This document shows positions 49,875-61,684 of a DNA stretch of 64,000 bases, piece after piece. The notes below the pieces were generated by a model. The model was not told the origin of the DNA, ran no database searches, and saw only the letters and a list, made by a program, of their open reading frames with translations. Position numbers and translations under genes: made by a program. Location: assembly GCF_036321535.1 (NCBI RefSeq), contig NC_087437.1:12278001-12342000 (forward strand). The letters run 5' to 3'. This stretch comes from Camelus dromedarius. Its lineage: Eukaryota. Numbering within the stretch: the stretch's first letter is position 1; every line of letters begins with the position of its first letter.

Positions 49875-50457
49875 TTTTTGTATTTTCTTTTTTTTAAATT
49901 AAAGTCTAGACAGTTACAGTGTGTCAATTTCTAGTGTACAGCATAATATTTCAGTCATACAAATGTATATATATTAATTTTCATATTATTTTTCATTATA
50001 GGTTACTACAAGATATTGAAAGTAGTTCCCTATGCTATACAGTAGGACCTTGTTGTTTATCTATTTTATATATAGTAGTTAATATTTACAAATCTCTAAT
50101 TCCCAATTTATCCCTTCCCACCCCCTTTCCCCCCAGGGAACCATAAGTTTGTTTAGTATATCTGAGCCTCTTTTGATTTTGTAGGTAAGTTCATTCATGT
50201 CTTCTCTTTTTCATTTTTTTTTTTTTTTAGTTTCCACGTATGAGTGATATCATATGATATTTTTCTTTCTCCTTCTGGCTTACTTGACTTATAATGATGA
50301 TCTCCAGGTCCATCCATGCTGCTGCAAATGGCTTTATTTTATTCTTTTTTAAGGCTGAGTGGTATTTCATTGTATAGCTATACCAAAGCTTCTTTATCCA
50401 GTCATCTGTCAATGGACATTTAGGTTGCTTCCATATCTTGGCTATTGTATATAGTGC
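49875..50457 (-). mobile_element. 5'-truncated lineage-specific L1
   Basis: Minus ORF ALYTIAKIWKQPKCPLTDDWIKKLWYSYTMKYHSALKKNKIKPFAAAWMDLEII; T-rich tail at the left end. Confidence 0.92.
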
Positions 50458-52824
50458 ATATTCAGCTACTCTTATAAGAAAAAAGAAGAGGATGTTCAAG
50501 CACAAAGTTGAAGAATAAGCATCCAACAGCTCTGAGTTGCTGGACCTGAGTCATTTTGTCTTTTTGATTTAAAGTAACACTAATGTGCTGTTTGGGGTGT
50601 AAAATCAACAATATGCTTTACAGAACCCAGTGCATCTCTTGGTGCCCAGACCAGGATCTAGAGGGGTTTGTTCCTGTGATGATGTATCACACTTACCAGC
50701 CAGCAGCATGCTGCCCTCCCCTACTCCCACACCCAAAACCATGCTATCAGAATCTTCAAATAAAGTATGTTTTTGTTTTCAAAAGTGGTATTTTCAATTG
50801 AGTTGGATCATGAACCACAACTTCAAGCTTCAGGACGTCCTGTTAATGTCTGTCAAAGACTGTACTCTTGAATGGTCTTGGAATGCAGGTTCCCACATGC
50901 TCACCCTGCCAGCTCATCCCTGGTTTTTAGATTCATACAGAGAGAGTCAAGTGTGAGCCTTGAAATGGAAAAAAAAAATCTAGTTTCAGAAATAAAACTT
51001 AATCTATTTAATGTGGCACACATACCTTATTTTAAACCTATTGTTATTGTGCTCAGGGTAAGACTTTTGAGAAAATGGTGTTGATGTGCCTTCATTTTTT
51101 TCTGTAGACAATTTTGAATAGGGATATAGGATTATCTTAAAGAACACTTCTGTGTCATCTTACACGACAAGAAATCCACTATTTAACATGTTTCATAAAA
51201 CCCTCATGTGCAGCCATTGATTAAATATTGTAATTGAACTGCCTTCAGACTCCATCACCATAACTCTAGCTCAACCAGTCAGTTTGACAGCTGTGTTTCC
51301 CTAACTGCATGGTTCAGCAGACACCAACTAATAGACAATCCTCTTCTATTTAGAACAACAGAACACTTTCTCTCTGTGTAAGAGAATTCTTATACCTCGC
51401 AATAGCTTAGCTACTGTATTTTTAACAGTTATCAAAAATATATTTAATAGTTATCAAAAGTCTTTTGATCAATTTTGTGATTCTTTTGGAGAAAGCATTA
51501 TGTAAGAGAAAGAGAACTAACTGATCTTAAGGTTACAAGACCCAGCTTGAGAAACTAACTCAACCATGTATTCCTTATGTGATATTGGACAGTCATCTCT
51601 TAAGTGGAGATGGTCATTCATGGTCTTGGCTATATAATGGGGTCACCGATGCAGGTCAAGTGAGATGAATAAATAGCACTTGCAAAAGTGTAAAGCAATA
51701 AATAATGTCAGACATTACTATCATTCTTTAGGTTTTGTTTTCTCACTTCTCACACTCACAAATACACACTCTATAGCTTTGCAGATCGACTCTTTTTTAG
51801 TTGTAATTTGTGCTCCATTTCCAATATTTTTTTGAAGTGTCTATGATACAAGACACAGACATAATAGAATCAATCAACAAAGATACATGAACAGCAATGG
51901 GATGATGAAGGCGAGAGAAATTAGAAGGAACTACTAACATTAAGCGTAAAATTCACTAAACTTCCCAGCAGTCAGGACAAAAGGGAAACACACTATTTGC
52001 ATGGTTTTTCCAGTCTGATTGAGAGAACCCTTTTTTGTCCTTGCGATATATCTTACTTAAAATAGGCTTCATAGACGATTACCAAATACTTTTCCAGGAA
52101 ACTAGATCTTTATTATCAGATGCCTTCTTGGATAATGTGTTGTTGCTGCACATAAAACTCATGAATTCTTCGTGAATCAGTCTTGCTCAAACCTGTTTTA
52201 GAATATTATAAAATTAAAGCCAACCTTTGTAGTGCTATGTCCACACTTTGAATGAATGGAAAATGTCCTTAGAATTTAAATCCTGTGTTTTTGTCACATC
52301 TCTGTATCACAGGAAAGGCACCTGTGTGCCCGCCATATCTGTATTTGTATACTCCAGAAATCATTCCACCTGTGAGTTGTCTCAGTTGCTTTCTAATTTT
52401 TTTCCCTGGTCCTTTAGTGATACCTGGGCCTCAGAGGTGATAGAGGAAATTTAAAAAATGAATTAGGTTATTACCAAATTCAAAAACATACAGTGTATAC
52501 TTGGGTTCAAGTTGAGGAGGAAAGTTCACTCTGTAGACCCAGGAAGTCTTACAGGCTGCATTCTTCACTGGCCAGAGCCTGGTTTTGCAGTCACATGCAC
52601 AGGAGTTTATTTCCAAGCTGTGCATGTGTTGGGTGGCCTCAGGAAGGGCATTTGGTAGCTCTGATCCTTAGTTTCCCCATCTGCAAAATACGGGACCAGC
52701 AAACCACCTTACAGAGCTGCTGTGACTACTAGAGGGGCACCACCTGCATCGAGGCATGCACGACACATAGACATACATGACATACAGGCTGCATATGGAC
52801 TGCAGTCAAGGCCTAACAGTTATG

Positions 52825-53164
52825 ACAGCTCCATCTCTTACCTGCAATTCCAAACCCCCAAATCTCCAGAATCCAAAAACACTTTCCATAACTCACTTGA
52901 AAGCAAAATCTCACCTAAAACGCAAGCATAACCTGGCCTGAACTGATGTGAGGCTATTTAGAGTCTTTTGACTGTTAAGTGGAATTTTAACTCAAAAGCA
53001 GAAATATTTCTGCTTCTGGTTTCGGAATGCTGCTTCAGACACCTTTTGGGTCTCCTGCATAACAAACGGTATAGAGAGTAAATTGCCTTTCAAAACTCTG
53101 AAAAATTCTGAATTTTCAAACACATCCAGCCCCGATTGTTTTATATAAGAGATTGATAACCTAT
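52825..53164. mobile_element. Ancient Tigger-type non-autonomous DNA element (subfamily not assigned)
   Basis: Ends acagctccatctcttacctg... and ...tataagagattgataacctat are degenerate inverted termini; internal tctgaaaaattctgaattttcaaacacatccagcccc. Confidence 0.55.
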
Positions 53165-53344
53165 TTTATCACTGGGGTTGCAGATTTCCTTAATGTCTAA
53201 CTTGTCAGACATGCACTGAAAAGGGAAATCTCTTCTACCGCATCCCTAATTCACAATGACCCCCTAGGTGTGGCCCTGTTTGTCCTGAGCTCTTTGGATC
53301 TGGGGGAGGTTTATGCTTTGGTCAAAGCCTGGTTCCCCTCTGAT

Positions 53345-53590
53345 GGGTCTGGTAGTTAGAAAGTTCTTCCTTACGCTGAACTGAAATCTGCCTCCCTGTA
53401 AATGCTCCTCCTTGTCCCTGTTCTTCAAAGCTAAGAGAACCGAGAAGAAGCCAGTTCACTCTTCCAAGTGACTGTTTATCAAGTACTGGAAAAATGTTAT
53501 GCTCTTTCTTAAGTCTTCTTTTAAACAGGCAAACAAACTCATTTCCTATAGCTAGTCTTTAGCGGACTCATTCCCAGGCCTCTTCTAATT
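53345..53590 (-). mobile_element. L3/CR1 LINE fragment
   Basis: gttagaaagttcttccttacgctgaactgaaatctgcctccctgtaa...aagtcttcttttaaacaggcaaaca resembles the CR1/L3 3' region. Confidence 0.7.
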
Positions 53591-53719
53591 GTTTCCCATT
53601 TCACATGTGTTATCTAGAATCAAATGTCTTATAGTCTTTGTCTTAAAAACTGTTTCCAACTCTTGATGATTAACATCATCTTCTGTGGCCCCGAACAGTA
53701 TCTTTACAGGGACTGAAGT

Positions 53720-53930
53720 TTTGTACTGTGAAAGATTCAGACCCAAATTCTGAGTCATCCATTTATTAGACCTTCGGTGAAATGTATAAACTCTCAGACC
53801 ATCAGTCTCCTTATCTGTAAAACTGAGATAAAATAATAATGCGAGCTTTGTTGCTGGTAGGAAGGTAGCACCTGAAGAGTGCCTAGTACCTGGACTGACA
53901 CAGACTAGGCAAGCAAGAAATGGTAATGTT
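53720..53930 (+). mobile_element. MIR SINE
   Basis: aaactctcagaccatcagtctccttatctgtaaaactgagataaaataata. Confidence 0.7.
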
Positions 53931-55072
53931 CATTCTTAGAAGTTTGATAAATCCTCCTCTTCTTCATCATGTTTGTATTACACTTTCTTAGGCTGAAACT
54001 GGTGCCATCAAAATTCCACACAAGCCTAAGGACATCAGTGGGTTTATTTTTATGTCTAGTCCATAGGAAACTAATCTGTCATTGTGAAAATGCAATTTGT
54101 ATGATAAACAGTTTCTTCTAGTCTTAAAGGGGAGTCATGGTACTTCTCCTCCCTCCCCCATCTCTTCTGAACCAAAAGCAGCTTCCAGGGCAACTTGATT
54201 GACACAGGCACTCAAATCTGCATGTTTTCAGGCACCTCTTTAGAGATCTACAGTAGAAATTTGTTTTTTCCAACCTAGAAACCAAGTGGATTCCAGGGTG
54301 TCTTGTTTCTCATTTTGAGTCTCTGCCTACTGTTTGAATGTTTCCAAGTGTGCAGGGTAGAGCCATAAATTATATTTTGATCAGTGCCAAAAACTGGGTG
54401 CCAAAGAACATCTTGACATTACTATTAGCGTATGTTGTATCCTGTAATTAAGCAGAACCGGCTTGTAGATGAGATCTTCTGAAGACAGAGCCCTCCTTTC
54501 ATGGGAGCGTAATCAGAATGAGCTATTGCTCTCATTAAGTTACTTGGTAATACATCACCAGTGTGACCTGTCATTCTAATGATGCATTAGTGTAATTCAT
54601 CAACAGGGTGAATCCCACTAATAAGGTGTTACTCAAGAGGCAGTCCTATCCAATGCAGAAGCATTGAGGGGCAGATGTAGGCTGACTGCAGCCCAGATCC
54701 CGAGCAGCCCTATATAATAGAGTCCCCCTACCTTTCTTCTTACTCTTTGACATTTAGCTATTTTAAGCCATCCGAATTAATGCCCATCTTTCCCCAGCCT
54801 GTTCTGATTTTTCCTTCCTGACTAATCCTTTAGTGGTCCAAGGATACCTAACTTTTGGGTGTATGATTGAGCCACTTGGTTCTTTCCTGAAGAGTTACAC
54901 TTGAAGAAAACTTAGTTTCATAGCTGACATTGTCACAGCACCTCTGGATGTCTATATGAGTCATACCCTACGTGACTGTAAAGTGAATTAGATTTTTTTT
55001 TTTAAAGATTCATTCAGTGATGCCACTCCAATAAAAAGGAGGTAGGAGATAATGATACTAAAAATCAAGGCT

Positions 55073-55432
55073 TTGCAACTAGTAGGTAAGTAAGTCCTGA
55101 AAATCTGATACTCAGTACGGGGATTACAGACAACAAACTGTATTATAAACATTAAACCTGCTAAGAGACTAGGCTTAATTCTTCTAGTTCCCACCACTAG
55201 GGGAAATGAGAGTTATGTGATGCAATAGAGGTGTCAACTATCACTAAATTGGCACCCTTATTGCGATATAAATCTATCAAATCAATATGTTGTTCACCTT
55301 AAACTTAGACAATACTATATGCCAATCATATGTCCTAAAAGATTCTCTACCAAGAAAGAAAGAAAGAAAGAAAAGAAAGAAAGAGAAAGGAAGGAAGGAA
55401 GGAAGGAAGGAAGGAAGGAAGGAAGGAAGGAA

Positions 55433-55506
<74 letters not shown>

Positions 55507-55509
55507 AAT
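55073..55509 (+). mobile_element. L1MA-type 3' UTR fragment whose tail is a compound microsatellite; 11-bp TSD
   Basis: caacaaactgtattataaac...gctaagagactagg...gttatgtga...caaatcaatatgttgttcaccttaaactta. AAATCAAGGCT at 55062-55072 and 55510-55520. Confidence 0.8.
55352..55508. repeat. (GAAA)n(GGAA)n(GAAA)n compound microsatellite
   Basis: Direct reading; about 155 nt of uninterrupted purines on the + strand. Confidence 0.97.
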
Positions 55510-55974
55510 AAATCAAGGCTAACATAGCTAGTGCAACTGAGGATTATATTTACTCTGAGCTTCCTAGCAGCAAAATCAGAAAGGGATTATGGATTGATAG
55601 CATGAAAAATATTTTGTTTGGAAACTTTCTTTGTATTATTAAATTTTAGGAATATTTCATTTGGATCCATAGCTAATGAACCTTAAAGAACTTAATCAAC
55701 TTTGCCTTCAATGGTAATATCACTGAAAATTCTTCACAGTGATTCCTTATTCTCATCCTATGATAAAGTCAAGGATATATTATAATGAAAATATATCCAT
55801 TTAAGGCATTTTCTGTGAAAAGTAAAGCTAATGTGGTTCAGGTGTATTATTTACCTTGGGAATAGAGTTCAAAAACCTGTGGGAATGAATGGTGCCATTT
55901 CTTTCTACGATTTTTTTCTGATATCACTTCTCTCCTCTAGACATTTTTTAAGAGGTAGGTAACAATTTATGACT

Positions 55975-56335
55975 TTCTTAGCTTTATTGAAGTATAATTT
56001 ACAACCAATAAAAATTTACCCTTTGTAAATCTACATTGTGGTGAATTTTGGTCACTGTAAATAACCCTGTGACTACCGCCACAATCAAGATACTGAACAC
56101 TTTTATCAGGCTAAAAAGTCCCCCATTCCCCTGTGCAGTGGGTTCCCTCTCCTGGCACCCTGCTGAAGGCAACCACTGATCTCCTTTCTGTCGCTAAAAT
56201 TTTGCCTTTTCTAGAATCCCTTAGAAATGGAACTTACATGTAGTCTTTTGTGTTTGACTTCTTTTATTTTATCTCGACATGGTTATATGTAATTCATGTT
56301 TTGTTCATTTTTATTTCTGAGTAGTATTTCATTAG
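55975..56335 (-). mobile_element. L1MB-type 3' fragment
   Basis: gctttattgaagtataatttaca...accgccacaatcaagatactgaaca...ggcaaccactgatctcctttctgtc...ttttgccttttctagaat. Confidence 0.82.
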
Positions 56336-57844
56336 GATTCATTTTTATAAGAAAAAAGCTTAAATGGTATTAAGAGCAGTTGCTAGAAAGAATATTCACA
56401 TGAAATTTAATAAGAAGCATAGAGGTGGCAGTATGTATTCATGCTTAAATAGAGAGCTCATGCCTTCTATTCCAGTACATGCTTCAGTACCTGAAAATGG
56501 TAAGCTTGAAAAGTAAGTGATGGCATGAACCGTGTTCTCCATCTCGCCGCTATATCTGCGATATCTAGCCCAGTGCCTGCGTTCACTGGATGCTTAATAA
56601 ATCATTGTTAAATGAGTAAATGAAGACATTAATAGATGCTCATCATCCAACTACAGCAGTCATGCAAAGAGAGCAGTGGCTTAAGATCAGGAAGAGTAAA
56701 ACATAAATGGGTAAGTTACATTTATTTCCATTTATGGAGCACTTACCATAGAAGTGCTTGTAAAGTGACTTAGCGTCTGCTCGTATTTCAGGTTCCTTGT
56801 AGACTGATGTTTAGCTCTATCACCTGTGCATTTTTAAAACCTTTGCAATCCTGTGTTTCATCCTGAACTCCCAGCTTTGGGATAATAGACTTAGCACATT
56901 TCCTATGCCCTGTCCTTTTATTTGCCCTGAAAGTATTCCTAAATATTTAGTTATTTTCTGAATTGTGCACTCTTCATGGAACTCTTCAGCTCCAAGATTT
57001 TTTCTAAACATATAAAAGTATATCCAAGGAATGATACACTTGGAAGCAGAACACCGTAGAATGTTAACATGTAAAGATGGTTTAGTCTAACATCCTCATT
57101 TGAAGGAGGAGGAAACCAACTCTCTAAAATGAGTTGCTCCAGTTCACTTGGTGACAAGTGTTGTGCAGTTGAAGATAAATTTGTTAATAGCCTATTAATC
57201 CCAATAAGCAAGCAGTTAGTTTGCAAAATTGAATTGAAAGCAAAGGGGAGAACTTTTAGTTTGCTTGTTCATATTCAAGCTTTGCTCATGAGAATTGGGA
57301 GTGTGCATTCTCTATTATACTGAGTGATATTTTAAAGCATGTCAAGGAAAAAATAACTTTCACAAAGAGAAGCTATATAGCTTGAATTAGAATCCATGTC
57401 AAAACAAGAGAAACAAAAGAAGGCAAAATTCTACACTGGGGAAGATTGAACTTCAACTCAACCGTACATCTCAGCAGTTGAAAAATCTATTCATTATATG
57501 CCTCAAACCAAATCTTTATTTGGCCTTTAAGATGTATTCTCTACGCCAGATCCCTAAAAAGTCCAGAAATTAGGTTTTCAGGTAGAATGTTCATCTAAAC
57601 TCTTAATAGGTTAATTTTGGCTCTTGTCATATACCCTGTCTATAAACCTTAACACTCACAGAGATTTGGATTCAACAGATTAAAAAACCTTCAGATGAAG
57701 GCCTCTGCAACACCCTGAATTTTATAGATCTAATGAACCATTAAGATACAACAAAATTGTGTTGGTTTTATAAATACAGCAAGGCAATACCCTACCCTGT
57801 ACTTTAGATGTCCGCTTGCCACTAGATACAGCTCTGGCTTGCTC

Positions 57845-58100
57845 CATCTATTCATCCATCCACTAATGCAAAAATGACTTATCGAATGCTTGCTAACTGC
57901 TTAAGTGCTGAAACACAGGAATGAGTAAATACTCTAGTAATACAAAGAGAAAAACAGAGGATCTCAATGTGGGAAAGGATTTCAGGAAGACTTCAAAAGA
58001 AGGTGTCTTGTGAGTTGGATCTTATAGGAGAAGAAGCATTTTAATAAGTTAACATGATGAAGGTAATTCCTAGAGCTGCAAAGGAACAACTTGCAAAATG
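57845..58100 (-). mobile_element. L2 fragment
   Basis: attcatccatccactaa...ttatcgaatgcttgcta...ttcaggaagacttcaaaagaaggtgtcttgtgagttggatctt. Confidence 0.55.
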
Positions 58101-58436
58101 TGTCTGCTCCCTGGGTTCATTTTGGAAAGATGTGGATGCTTCCAAAGGGAGATATCCTTCAGTAGGCCAAGACGACTTCATCATATGTCAACACCAAATA
58201 GATGGAACTCAGCATCATTCAAGCCTCTGTACTTTCTGTAATCTTTAAATTTTCAATAACTAATATGCCATAACAAAAATATTGAAGTCTCTCAAAATGG
58301 AATATTGATACTATGGAATGTCAAGATATGACTTAAAAAAGCATTAGCTGGAACTTTATGTTATAATGTTCAGTTAAAAATAAGAAAGAATTTTTACATG
58401 CAACAGAACATCTAGACAGATATGATATAGACAAAG

Positions 58437-58437
<1 letters not shown>

Positions 58438-58464
<27 letters not shown>
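58438..58464. repeat. (CA)n microsatellite within an old L1M fragment
   Basis: Direct reading. Confidence 0.9.
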
Positions 58465-58467
<3 letters not shown>

Positions 58468-60035
58468 AGATAGAGAAAACCATACCAAAATTGTCAAATA
58501 GTCATTTCCGATCAATAGATTATTTTAACTTGTTTCAATAGCATGATGATATATTTGATTGGACTTCAAAAAAAGAAAAGCAAGAGTTGAACAACCTAGC
58601 ACCCATCACAGATTTTTGTGTTGCCAAGTTCTTTGGTCATCTTCCAAATAAGGACGCATTTATTACCCCTAAAACCAGGAAATGTATAATAAAAATCATT
58701 TTAAGTCCTTGGTGGTTTAAATGTTTGTGAAGAACTATAATCAATCAAGACAACTGTAGCCTTTTTAGGCAAACTGCCCAGATGAACAGTCAGTTTTAAA
58801 AGTTTTGTCATTATATTTTTTTTAAACGTTAAATTTTTTTCCTTGTTCACTTAGATAAGCAGTAAGGTTACGAATACCTTCAATTAAACTTCATGTTTAC
58901 TCTATAAAAAGCAGGCACTTCTATTACATTATCAAAGTTTATTTTAGTTGGTAGTACAAGAGCCTTTATTAAGCAAACAATGGAGCTAGATTACAATTAC
59001 TTTAAAATAGCAGTAAAGTTGCTCTGACTTCAGGATAATTTAGTTTTTCCTCCAAATAGTTTCTCATTCTGATATTTCTCTTAGGAAAAAAGTCCTATGG
59101 TCAATCTCTTTTTAAAGGGAACTTAAAATCAGCTTGTGATGAATTTCCTAAGTATTTTATGGCACTCCCTCCATAAGTTTTCTTGTTTTCTCAAGAGAAC
59201 ACTTGAAAACCCACCAATCTTTACATTTTAATATCATATGTACAGCATATGTAACAGATGAACAAGTAAACATCTGCTGAGGGTCATGGATTTGAGTCTA
59301 CATTCACCTTGTCTCCAAGCAGGTTGACTGCTGTCTGAATTGCTGGTGGTCCTCAATGCAAAAGAAAGTGACTCCCTTCACTGCTCTCGCAGGTCCCCAC
59401 AAGCCCCAGGTCCTTGCTTATCAGATGCTCTGTGAACCGAACACAAGGAGACATGTTAGAAACCTACCAGGATATGGCATGTTCAGGAAGGCAGACTGTA
59501 GGGACTTTGGAAAGACCCATGTAATCCATAATTCCACCTCAGGAAAACTTAACTCCGTGATTTTTCTCGTGAGTCTGACCATGTCACTCTGTAAGACTAT
59601 GTATGATAGTCCACATTTAACCTTAGCAGGATTATTGTTGATTGATTTCATTAGCTGCTTTGCTTTCCCTGATGAACTCAGTTAGTCTACTTACTGTTTC
59701 AAGCTTTAGTTTTTATTCCAGAAGCTGATGTTTGGATACTTGCTTCAAGAGTCACAGAACTGAGAGGGCACGTGTACAATTTTAAAAAGATGGTCATTTG
59801 AAATGTTCATGAGCTCACTGGTCAGGTATATGTGTGTGCTGAAACTGTATTTAAAAATGAAAGACTTGAGAGAAATAAATACAAGTCTGAATATTTTACC
59901 TTGAATTAAAACAGAGGAAGTAGTTTCAGAAGAGTAAGTTATGCAGTAAAATAACTCAAATCATCAGCTTGACGATTTGACTAAGCATATAAGATATAAC
60001 ATTTATCCATTCAAAATAGGGATTTATTTGATATT

Positions 60036-60389
60036 AAAGAAAAATATCATATGGTATCACTTATATGTGGAATCTAAAAAAAGATACAAATGAACTTCTT
60101 TATAAAACAGAAACAGATTCACAGACATAGAAAACAAATGTATGATAACGGAGAGGGAGAGGGTCAGATGGGATAAACTGGATGTTCAAGATTTGCAGAT
60201 ACGAACTACTATCTATAAAATAGATAAACCACAAATTTCTTCTGTAAGGCACAGGGAACCATATTCAATATCTTGTAGTAACCTATGATGAAAAAGAACA
60301 TGAAAATGAATAAGTATATGTATATGTATATGTATATGTGTGTATGCATGTATGTATTGTAAACTGACAATACTTCAATTAAAAAAAAA
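60036..60389 (+). mobile_element. Lineage-specific L1 3' end
   Basis: aaatatcatatggtatcacttatatgtggaatctaaaaaa...gcacagggaaccatattcaatatcttgtagtaacctat...tacttcaattaaaaaaaaa. Confidence 0.9.
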
Positions 60390-60541
60390 GCACTGTAGAA
60401 ATTTCATACTATTCATAAGAGTTAATCAAAGGTTTCTTTTCTTAACAGTCCTACTCCCCACCCCACAAAGTTCACAAATAGGGTCATATGACACATATAC
60501 TTCTGTGACTATTTTTTTTTTCACTTCACATAATGCAAATA

Positions 60542-60712
60542 CAGTTGACCCTTCGACAACATGGGTTTGAACTGAGCAGATCCACTTATGTGGCTATTTT
60601 TCAATAGTAAATACTCCAGTACTACACAATCTGCATATACAGAGGAACTCCTGATAAAGAGGGCTGACTGTAAACTATGCAGATTAACCCCCACCTTGTT
60701 CAAGGCCAGCAG
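60542..60712. mobile_element. Tigger2-derived MITE (MER8/Tigger2a-like)
   Basis: TA|CAGTTGACCCTTCGACAACATGGG left TIR and a degenerate right TIR TTGTTCAAGGCCAGCAG. Confidence 0.82.
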
Positions 60713-60910
60713 CATTCCCCATGCTGTTACACGGAGATACCCTCAGGAAGCAATCTTTGAATCTTGCATAGAAAATAAAGAAAGTGGCTTGCATTCCCAC
60801 AGCGACCACATTTTGTTTATTGTGTTAGTAGATTTGCATTGTAAACTTTTATTGTATTTATATTCTCTTTGTAATAGTAATTTCCATAGTGGTTTATTAT
60901 TGTCTCTTCT

Positions 60911-61070
60911 GTTTTATGTTTAATTTAATTTAAAAATTTTTTTAAATTTTTTGTGGGGGTAAGTAATTAGATTTTCTTACTTATATTTAGAGGAGGTACT
61001 ACTGGCAATTGAACCCAGGACCTTGTGAATGCTAAGCAAGCACTCTACCACTTGAGCTACACCCTCCCCC
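60911..61070 (-). mobile_element. Vic-1-type SINE
   Basis: Minus strand GGGGGAGGGTGTAGCTCAAGTGGTAGAGTGCTTGCTTAGCATTCACAAGGTCCTGGGTTCAAT. Candidate TSD core GTCTCTTCT at 60902-60910 and 61077-61085. Confidence 0.9.
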
Positions 61071-61684
61071 CATTAAGTCTCTTCTAAAGTCACGTGGGAA
61101 TCAGTTCTCACAGACCATCCCTTCCTTTCATAGTTTCCTCTCCCTGACCTCTGCATCCTCTTCACTCATTTCCTGATGCACTACATTCCATTATCAACTA
61201 GATTTTTCCAATGATGCACTTTTGTTTAGAATGACTTTCTTTCTTCCTCTAAGGGACTGAAATCTGGGCAAGGTGTATTAGTTTTGTTTTTCTTTTAAAA
61301 ATCAGTGAATGTTGCTTCTGTGCCTTCTGGGAGCACGGATTTCTGTGCAGAAGTCTGAGATTGGCCTGATTTTTATATCTTGTAGGTGATTTAATACTCT
61401 TTGTCTCAATACCCTCAGATTTCTTTCTCTATCCTTGCAGTTCAAAACTCTCACCAGAATATACCTGTTACTGATTATTCTATAACTATTTTTTTATGAA
61501 AAATGGCTATGTCATTGGATCTAGGACTTCCTTTTTCACAAGCAATTTTTCTTCTATTATGTCTTTGTGAGCTGTTTTTATTTTTTTGCTTGTTTGCTCA
61601 TTTGTTCAGTTCTCTAACTTAGCATAGTCTACTCTTCCATATCTAGTATAACTTCCCTTGATTTTTAGTTTTCCCTTGCATTTA

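Noticed and set aside
51640..51658. GGGTCA-ccgatgc-AGGTCA resembling a RARE
   Set aside because: Spacer is 7 nt rather than DR1/2/5/8 and it appears to sit in a MIR remnant. I spotted no canonical DR5 RARE anywhere in the window.
55277..55525. Low-complexity ORFs rich in K/E/R or F/L/S
   Set aside because: Translations of the GAAA/GGAA microsatellite.
58054..58248. ORF containing SVGQ, as at the start of the mouse RAR-beta3 insert as I recall it
   Set aside because: Only four residues match, the rest is unrelated, and the region looks repeat-derived.
59356..59685. 109-aa ATG ORF overlapping a 76-aa minus ORF
   Set aside because: No recognisable homology or splice context; the length is compatible with chance.
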